In this document: piece after piece, positions 43,518-43,943 of the stretch
How positions within the stretch are numbered: the stretch's first letter is position 1
Layout: each line of letters opens with the position of its first letter
From: Candidatus Nealsonbacteria bacterium
GTDB taxonomy: Bacteria; Patescibacteriota; Minisyncoccia; Minisyncoccales; JANBVM01
Assembly (NCBI GenBank): GCA_047456295.1
Contig: CP179887.1
Span: 1 to 43,943, forward strand
Direction: 5' to 3'
Length of the DNA stretch: 43,943 nucleotides
Translations under genes and position numbers: made by a program
Notes under the pieces: generated by a model
Told to the model about the DNA's origin: nothing
The model's input: only the letters and a program-made list of their open reading frames with translations
Databases searched by the model: none

Positions 43518-43943
43518 ATGAAAAAAAAGTTTTTAGCTATTTTGATTTTTGGTTTAATTTTAAGTGGTTTTAATTTTGTTTTAGCAGAAGAAAAAATAGA
43601 AATTATTTTTTTCTTTAGTCACATCTGTCCTCATTGTGCCGAAGAAAGGGTATTCCTTGAGGAATTAACAGATAAATATTCCGAGATTGAACTTAAAGAG
43701 TACGGTCTTTTTGAAAAAGAAAATGTGGATTTGTTGAAAGAAATGTATCAGGTTTATGAAGTGGCTCGAGAGGTTCAAGGATATGTACCAATAACCTTTA
43801 TTGGAGGGCGTTATTTTTTGGGTTTTTCTCAAGAAATAGGTAATGATATTGAAAATTATGTTTTGGGATTAATAGAAGAAATTTCTCAGCCTCCACCTGA
43901 ACCTCCATCAGACGAATATAAAATTTCTCTTCCAATTTTCGGC
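43518..43943 (+). CDS. secreted/membrane thioredoxin-fold CxxC protein (partial; runs off the window; possibly a CcdA/DsbD-type fusion)
   Basis: Open frame to the window end: MKKKFLAILIFGLILSGFNFVLAEEKIEIIFFFSHICPHCAEE... (signal peptide plus CPHC). Absent from the ORF track because it has no stop codon. Confidence 0.6.
   Translation, partial: MKKKFLAILIFGLILSGFNFVLAEEKIEIIFFFSHICPHCAEERVFLEELTDKYSEIELKEYGLFEKENVDLLKEMYQVYEVAREVQGYVPITFIGGRYFLGFSQEIGNDIENYVLGLIEEISQPPPEPPSDEYKISLPIFG

Noticed and set aside
1-43943. Alternative genetic code (UGA recoded, as in the Gracilibacteria/SR1-type code).
   Set aside because: Conserved genes end at UGA at the expected length (rplX at 22273-22275, adk at 27465-27467). 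All conserved ORFs are intact under the standard code.
1-43943. CRISPR arrays, rRNA genes, IS elements, integrases, and reverse transcriptase/DGR components.
   Set aside because: No regularly spaced direct repeats, transposase/integrase-like ORFs or RT motifs were found on either strand. The only tRNA found is tRNA-Pro.

Overview
AT-rich bacterial window in the standard genetic code (UGA is used as a stop, e.g. rplX and adk). About 27 kb is a ribosomal super-operon: str (rpsL-rpsG-fusA-tuf), S10, spc and alpha clusters, then rplM-rpsI. L30 is missing between S5 and L15. This, the truncated housekeeping proteins, the Lys-rich ribosomal-protein extensions and several near-leaderless promoters suggest a reduced-genome, CPR/Patescibacteria-like organism (inference only). 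The 5' 11 kb carries two mevalonate-pathway genes, metal-related genes (ZIP transporter, EncFtn-like ferritin, family II pyrophosphatase), an orphan histidine-kinase-like protein, small zinc-ribbon proteins, a ComEC-type MBL protein coupled to a divergent adenylate-kinase paralog, tRNA-Pro(GGG) and rpmB. A 6.3-kb block (GT2, GalT, TpiA, DUF458, short AlaRS, membrane-anchored baseplate-J-like protein) sits between map and infA. The 3' 5 kb is accessory. It holds a solo Cas4-like nuclease, divergent from a small ORF that has an A_AAA_AAA slip site. It also holds an operon of three NifX-like domains, one fused to a CDF exporter, followed by a ferredoxin-containing MinD-type ATPase and a secreted CxxC protein. 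The best candidates for new biology are that NifX/CDF operon, RpoA lacking the alpha-CTD, a promoter-to-terminator candidate sRNA at about 10.4 kb, and a shared AAAGGTCGA box. No CRISPR array, rRNA gene or recognisable transposase was seen. All family assignments come from reading motifs by eye; no database search was possible.
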